From positions 123,504,649 to 123,543,689 of the forward strand of contig NC_068983.1 in the NCBI RefSeq assembly GCF_001194135.2: a stretch of DNA of 39,041 bases, written 5' to 3'. The first letter of the stretch is position 1. Every line of letters starts with the position of its first letter. The position numbers were made by a program, and so were the translations under genes. The stretch comes from Octopus bimaculoides (Eukaryota). Below the pieces are notes generated by a model, which searched no databases, was not told the DNA's origin, and saw nothing but the letters and a program-made list of their open reading frames with translations. This document shows positions 33,622-39,041 of this stretch, piece by piece.

Positions 33622-33838
33622 ATAACAGTTTGAATCAGCTCCATAAGGCTTAAAATTTCATGGGTTTGGAAGACAAACCCATCTCATCAGATATCTAAAG
33701 AAGAGTAATTGGACTTGAGACAAAACCATCTTGAATCATATCAAGTTCCATTACGCTTCTTTAAATATTTGATGAGATGGGTTCGTCCTACAAGGCCATG
33801 GAACTGTGAGTCATACAAAGCTGAGTCAAACTGTTAAT
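33622..33838. repeat. Diverged head-to-head inverted duplication (about 95-bp arms), each arm with a hammerhead-like motif
   Basis: 33639-33700 (-) and 33759-33820 (+) align; see findings. Confidence 0.75.
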
Positions 33839-33879
33839 AGATAATATATGTAACTCCTAACAAATATGCTGAATGTCAT

Positions 33880-34415
33880 TTTCTTTTGTACGCCCACTTG
33901 TACCTCAGAAACCGCAGGAGCTAATCAGAGGTTTGCAAGCTCTTCTAACCCCATTGCAATGCTGAAAACCTTTCAGTATCATCAGCCGGTATCACAAGTA
34001 TTTCACAAGTATTTCACTCCTTAGCTTGTTCACTTCAACTGAGTGGGATAGTTAGGACTGAACTAGTCTTCACCTATGGAAGGTTTTTCACTTGCAACTG
34101 TGGTTAAGAAACTTACAGCCTCTTATCAACCATAACCCCCTTCAGCTAGTTCCAGCTGCTATGCCTATCTCCTCGATGGATTTCTTCACTTGTCTAGGTT
34201 CCAGATCTGTCTTCTACAAGAAAAAGGGCACTGATCCAGCTAGAAAACTGTGCCAGCCAAATTTAATGGTGAATGAGGCCACACACCATCCCTTGACAAA
34301 GGTCTCATCAAGTTAGTCCTGATATTTTGTTTCCTTTACCTGGTGGGAAATATCAAGTTTGTCTTCTCAGGGCACTGTGAGTTGAACTACAATGATTGCT
34401 TTTGTATTCCTGGAG
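33880..34415 (-). mobile_element. HERO/R2-type restriction-like-endonuclease LINE 3' end, decayed
   Basis: Minus frame KAIIVVQLTVP*EDKLDISHQVKETKYQD...KGW....IKFG..SFLAGS......IEEIGIAAGTS*RGLWLIR matches ELTVPWE...K..KY..L...GW....VG.RGF...AE.AS.WLW. Confidence 0.7.
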
Positions 34416-36193
34416 AGAGGGAACATGTGTATATATATATATATGTGAAAGAATGAAAGAAGGTTTGAAAATGCAATTTTAAAGATGTTTATTCACTTGA
34501 CCGGTTTCACTTTTTTAGAAAAAGTTTGTCAAAAGTAAAATATAAAGGTTTGTATGAGCTTTGTTGTGTTAAGTACTGGTTATCACAAAAGTATTAAAAA
34601 AACAGAGATAAATTCTTTGATAATAATAAGAAAATGTTAATAACAGGTTACAAGAAAGTATCTGAGAAAGTAACCAGAACAGGACTCTAAAAAGTAGAGT
34701 TCAATAAAAATCATGTTTGTTTGGAAGTATATATATATACACAGGAGATATATTTAAGAATTTACAAAAGAAGAAGTTAATTATCTATTCCTGAAAATAA
34801 AAAATGGAAATACGAAAAATCTTAACATTTTGTCTAGTACAGTCTTCATAAATAGCAACTTTCTTTGTTTTATTATCCCAAAGTTTGTCTGATTTGCATC
34901 AATAAATCTATTTCTGGAATCCTGTGCACTGGTTTCTGGCCAGAAATCTCTTCATATAACTATTTGATGCATGGCAGCTTACTAAACACCTTCTCTTGGA
35001 ACTAGAACTCTACTTCAACTGGATGTCTGCTTTGCAAATTTCCTTTTAAAGCTCTATACCCTTGTTAAATGCTAATATTATGTAGAATAGATATTTCAAC
35101 AATAAGTCTATTTTATAAACTGTTGCTGGACTGATTTCAACAACTAAATGTATAATGTTTTATCTTGATTTCATTCTGTAAATTCTTTGTGATGAGCTTT
35201 TAATAGAAACATATTTAAAATCAGTAATCTCTTTAGGTTCCACCAGTAGACAGGTTTTGGAAACAAGAAATACCAGATTTATGAGCTATGGTTGCTTCAC
35301 ACCTCTAACAACGTGTCTATGTTATTGCTTATAACAGTACACATGGGAGAGAAAGACGTGTGTGTGTGTGTGTGTGTGCGTGTGTGTGTGTGTATGTGTG
35401 CATGTGTATTCATTTGCTGGAAGGTAAAGTGTCACAAAACTCTGTGTATTTAAATACATGGATGTATGTTTATACACACAAACACACAGATATATATATA
35501 TTGTATACACACATGCTGGGAAATTCATTAAAGATACAGAGATGGAGTCTCAAACATGAAATCTAATTCATTTGGGAAATCAATTACATTTAAGCATATA
35601 CACAGGAAAGCATTACCAGTGAGAAAACATATAAATGAGGGATGAAAACCAGGGGCTCCTCCCATAATTAGAATAATATTAGTTCTAAGATTTGTTTACT
35701 AATGGCTTTACCCAGATGAAGAGGAAGAGTAAATAAATATATCAGTAAGAATACACACACACACACACACACACACACAAATAAAATGAAAGGGTGATAA
35801 AGAAAAAGAGAGAACAAGGATTGTATTGAGAAGGAAGAATCAAAAATGTTTAAGAGTCGTTAAGGCTTTTCAAGATTACAAGATTTGACCAGAGTGAGCA
35901 GCTTGAGGGAGGAGAATTAAGGGATAGTCTATGCATGTGTGTTATTGTGCTAATAAAAGGGATATGGGGAAGAGGGGGAAAAGGGTGTTGATAGAGAATA
36001 TATGGCCATAAAGACCCAGAATATGTATATTTATACATTGAGATACATATACAGACATATGTAGGCATATATATTCATGCATAAACATGCATAGATGCAC
36101 ATATACATATGCACACACACATACATACACAAACACACATACCTACATACACATATTTACATAGACATACATGCATACACACACACATATATG

Positions 36194-36231
<38 letters not shown>

Positions 36232-36417
36232 AAGCACGTAAAAGCACCCACTACACTCTCGGAGTGGTTGGCGTTAGGAAGGGCATCCAGCTGTAGAAAC
36301 TCTGCCAAATCAGATTGGAGCCTGGTGTAGCCACCTGGTCCACCAGTCCTCAGTCAAATCGTCCAACCCATGCTACCATGGAAAGCGGACGTTAAACGAC
36401 GACGATGATGATGATGA
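36232..36417 (+). mobile_element. (GAT)n-tailed SINE 3' part
   Basis: Near-identical to 1-208. Confidence 0.85.
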
Positions 36418-36436
36418 NNNNNNNNNNNNNNNNNNN

Positions 36437-36472
<36 letters not shown>

Positions 36473-36477
<5 letters not shown>

Positions 36478-36748
36478 GTGCAATGGGTAAATTGTTGCCA
36501 TTTTATATATCTTAAATTTCACACATGCACATTGTTTGTTTTTGGTTTTGTTGTATACACAGTATAGTAGAGTAAGTCAGGCAACATCTGTCGGAAAAAC
36601 AGCACCATGACCCAATTCACTCTGCCAGAAATTTGGAAATGACATGCTGTACTGCTTGGCATTCACGCTGGGAGCTCCAATATGAAAATTTCAGAGTGTT
36701 TTGGTGTCAATCTGAGGACAGTGCAGAGCATTCAGAAAGAATTGGATG
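36473..36748 (+). mobile_element. Tc1/mariner-superfamily left end, copy B
   Basis: TA-CAGAGTGCAATGGGTAAATTGTTGCC; MTQFTLPEIWK*HAVLLGIHAGSSNMKISECFGVNLRTVQSIQKELD. Confidence 0.7.
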
Positions 36749-36749
36749 C

Positions 36750-37486
36750 TTGTTAACACCTCTGTTGTTTTGTCTTTACCTCTTTGACATCTGAAAATTC
36801 TGTAGCACCAGCTTTCATCACCAGTGGTGCCCTCAGAAAAAAAGGTCTGGATCAACTTCCAACTGTTCTTTCAGTTCACAACACACATTCAGTCATTACT
36901 TTTGATTTTCTATGAGCAAGGGAGACACAAATTTTGCTGCAACTCTTTTCATTTGCAAATCCTTGCACAAAATTCGCTGGCAGGAGTTCCAGGACATACC
37001 AGTCATATCAACAAGTTTGTTTGTCAATTGTTTGGTGACAGTTCTACAAGATCAACTCATGAATTTTCATGATGTCTTCATTTGTTTGGGAAGTCAACAA
37101 TTGTCTTGAACTAGATTGGTCTTCAAGTGATAAGTGACCATTCCTAAAGCATGGAAATCACTTGTAAACTTGTGTTTTACTCATGGCAGCGTCCTTGTAA
37201 GCTGTTTGAAGCATCACAACTGTTTTCACCACCATTTTCCCCAGCAGAAAACAGAATTTTATGGAAGCACACTATTCCTTTTCTTCAACCATCACAAAAA
37301 TTGATGAATTGGGGAGAATCACTGCAAAGCAAAGACACCCACATGGCAGTAGGACTACACACGATGATGCCGGTTGACAAACTGATGCCTGAGGGTTGCA
37401 TCAAGTTGCTTCTAGTGGTGGAAGCCCAAACTACAACTGGTTTGTCCCACAGAGAACATTTCCAGTTACTTTTGGGTGCCCCCTTG
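36750..37486 (-). mobile_element. mariner (DD34D-type) transposon 5' half
   Basis: TA|CAAGGGGGCACCCAAAAGTAACTGG terminus at 37486. Minus-strand MLQTAYKDAAMSKTQVYK.F, MKRVAAKFVSPLL and TTGDESWCY are mariner N-terminal and first catalytic Asp motifs. Confidence 0.85.
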
Positions 37487-37749
37487 TAATTCCTTATAAC
37501 CTGGGATTCACTTGATAGTCCCACCCTAGTCGACCCCATTACTCCTCTACACATCCACTGTTTTTCATCCCAACAAATCCGTTATGTTACTCTTTCCCTT
37601 TGTTTTTCCTCTCTCCTTGCAATATTCCCTCCTCCTGTGAATGTCAACTCTGTTACCCTCCCCCACTACCATCTCTCACAATCTGAATAAACATCATCCT
37701 CTAATTACCTAACCTAAAATTCTCATATGAATGAAAGAATTCTATCTTA

Positions 37750-37980
37750 CTATAACTGTTACACCAACTTAACCAAAGTCAACTTTCTGGTTGTAACCAC
37801 AGGCCCCGAGACCAGCAAGTACAACCCCTACAGAAATCCCAGCAAAGAAACTATTTATATTCATTCATAGACATTCCAACTACCACCACTCTAGCTGTAA
37901 TTAGAAATCCAATCACAGGAATCAGCAGAAGAATTTCCATTCAGTGGATAGAGAGACCTTCAACAAGGCTCAACTTCTGT
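37750..37980 (+). mobile_element. Penelope-like RT C-terminal fragment, decayed
   Basis: TKVNFLVVT, KYNPYRNPSKETIYIHS and ITGISRRIS match PLE motifs VNFLDVT, PYRKPN...YIH..SNHP and I.RRIS. Confidence 0.7.
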
Positions 37981-38706
37981 ATAAAAAGAAAATGTTATGT
38001 TGATGTTTTTTTACAGATGAGAAAAGAGGAACAGATGTTTGGATTAGATGCCTTCTGTTATTGATAACCAATGTTTAGCTAATGTGATGGACTATGTTCA
38101 GATTTGGTTTCTGATATGAAAATAGGCCAGAAATTTGCAGAGATACAATGATGGCCATTTAGAGAAAGATAATACTTCTTCAATTCATTCTTAAATGGCA
38201 AAACACATTTCTTCACTCTCAACCTATATCCCTCTATTTTATCTGTCTGTCTACCAATTTCTACCTCTCTCTCTTTCTTTGTGTGAGAGAGAAAGAGAGA
38301 GAGAGAGAGTGTGTGTGTGTGTGTGTGTGTGCACGTGCGTGTGTACATGCATGCACACATGTGCATGTGTGTGTGTTGTCTGTGGATATGTATAAGTGAA
38401 GGATTGAACTTACACACACACACACTCATGCAAATACAAATGCGCATACATATTCCTTTGGAATATCTTAATTAACAGAGAAGTACCAACAGCTGATAAG
38501 TCACTGAGTAAAAAACATTAAACAGTGGAAGAGATATAGGATTACATAAAAGATAATTTCTTTTTGTCTCTCTCTTCCTCCTCCCCTCCTCCACTCTCTC
38601 ATTCTGTGCTCATGCACACACACACACACACATATATATACACACATATTTACATACATGCGTGTATGTATATATATGTGTGTATATACATATATAGATC
38701 TATCTA

Positions 38707-38748
<42 letters not shown>

Positions 38749-38749
<1 letters not shown>

Positions 38750-39041
38750 AACTGTGTGCATTCTTCCACACGTCCACACAGCGTCCCAGCAATCGGGATT
38801 ACTTCTCTGACCTGGGACGCCACCCATCCAACTGGACGCTGCCTCCAGGCCAATTCAGTAGCCTAGACTTGTTCATGGATGACTGTAAGGCGTTGCTCGA
38901 GCGATTCGATTTTAAAAAGAGATCCCTCCGAGCCAACCTCAACTGTGCCGAATCGGTCGCCCTCTGCAACCTCCGCCGCCGCTATGACATCGTCATCAAG
39001 CTGGCGGACAAAAGTGGAGCAGTGGTTCTGTGGCGCGCAGA
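38749..39041 (+). mobile_element. Penelope-like ORF N-terminal/RT entry region, open to the window end
   Basis: Uninterrupted frame KLCAFF...SNWTLPPGQFSSLDLFMDDC...NLNCAESVALCNLRRRYDIVIKLADKSGAVVLWRA. DIVIK.ADK.GAVV is the PLE RT signature. Absent from the ORF track (no stop before the window end). Confidence 0.85.

Overview
AT-rich, microsatellite- and transposon-dense animal genomic DNA with several assembly gaps. The repeat families look cephalopod (Octopus-like); this assignment is an inference. One host gene is supported: the last four coding exons of fatty acid 2-hydroxylase (FA2H/Scs7 family, + strand; 3924-4188, 13929-14095, 24726-24975, 26146-26216). Their GT-AG splice phases are mutually consistent and all histidine boxes are intact. 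The 5' cytochrome b5 exon(s) are not visible. The rest is a mosaic of mobile-element remnants: Penelope-like elements (RT and GIY-YIG), RTE, R4-like and HERO-like LINEs, Tc1/mariner transposons, Gypsy-type LTRs and at least three SINE families. The most striking signal, missed by the ORF track, is a set of hammerhead-ribozyme-like motifs from several unrelated repeat families. One at 8223-8300 (-) has an intact core and lies 3' of a Penelope endonuclease; two inverted pairs carry complementary mutations. There are also several long inverted repeats, including an 86-bp-arm hairpin in the last FA2H intron. All alignments and folds were done by eye; repeat boundaries are approximate unless TSDs or terminal motifs are quoted.
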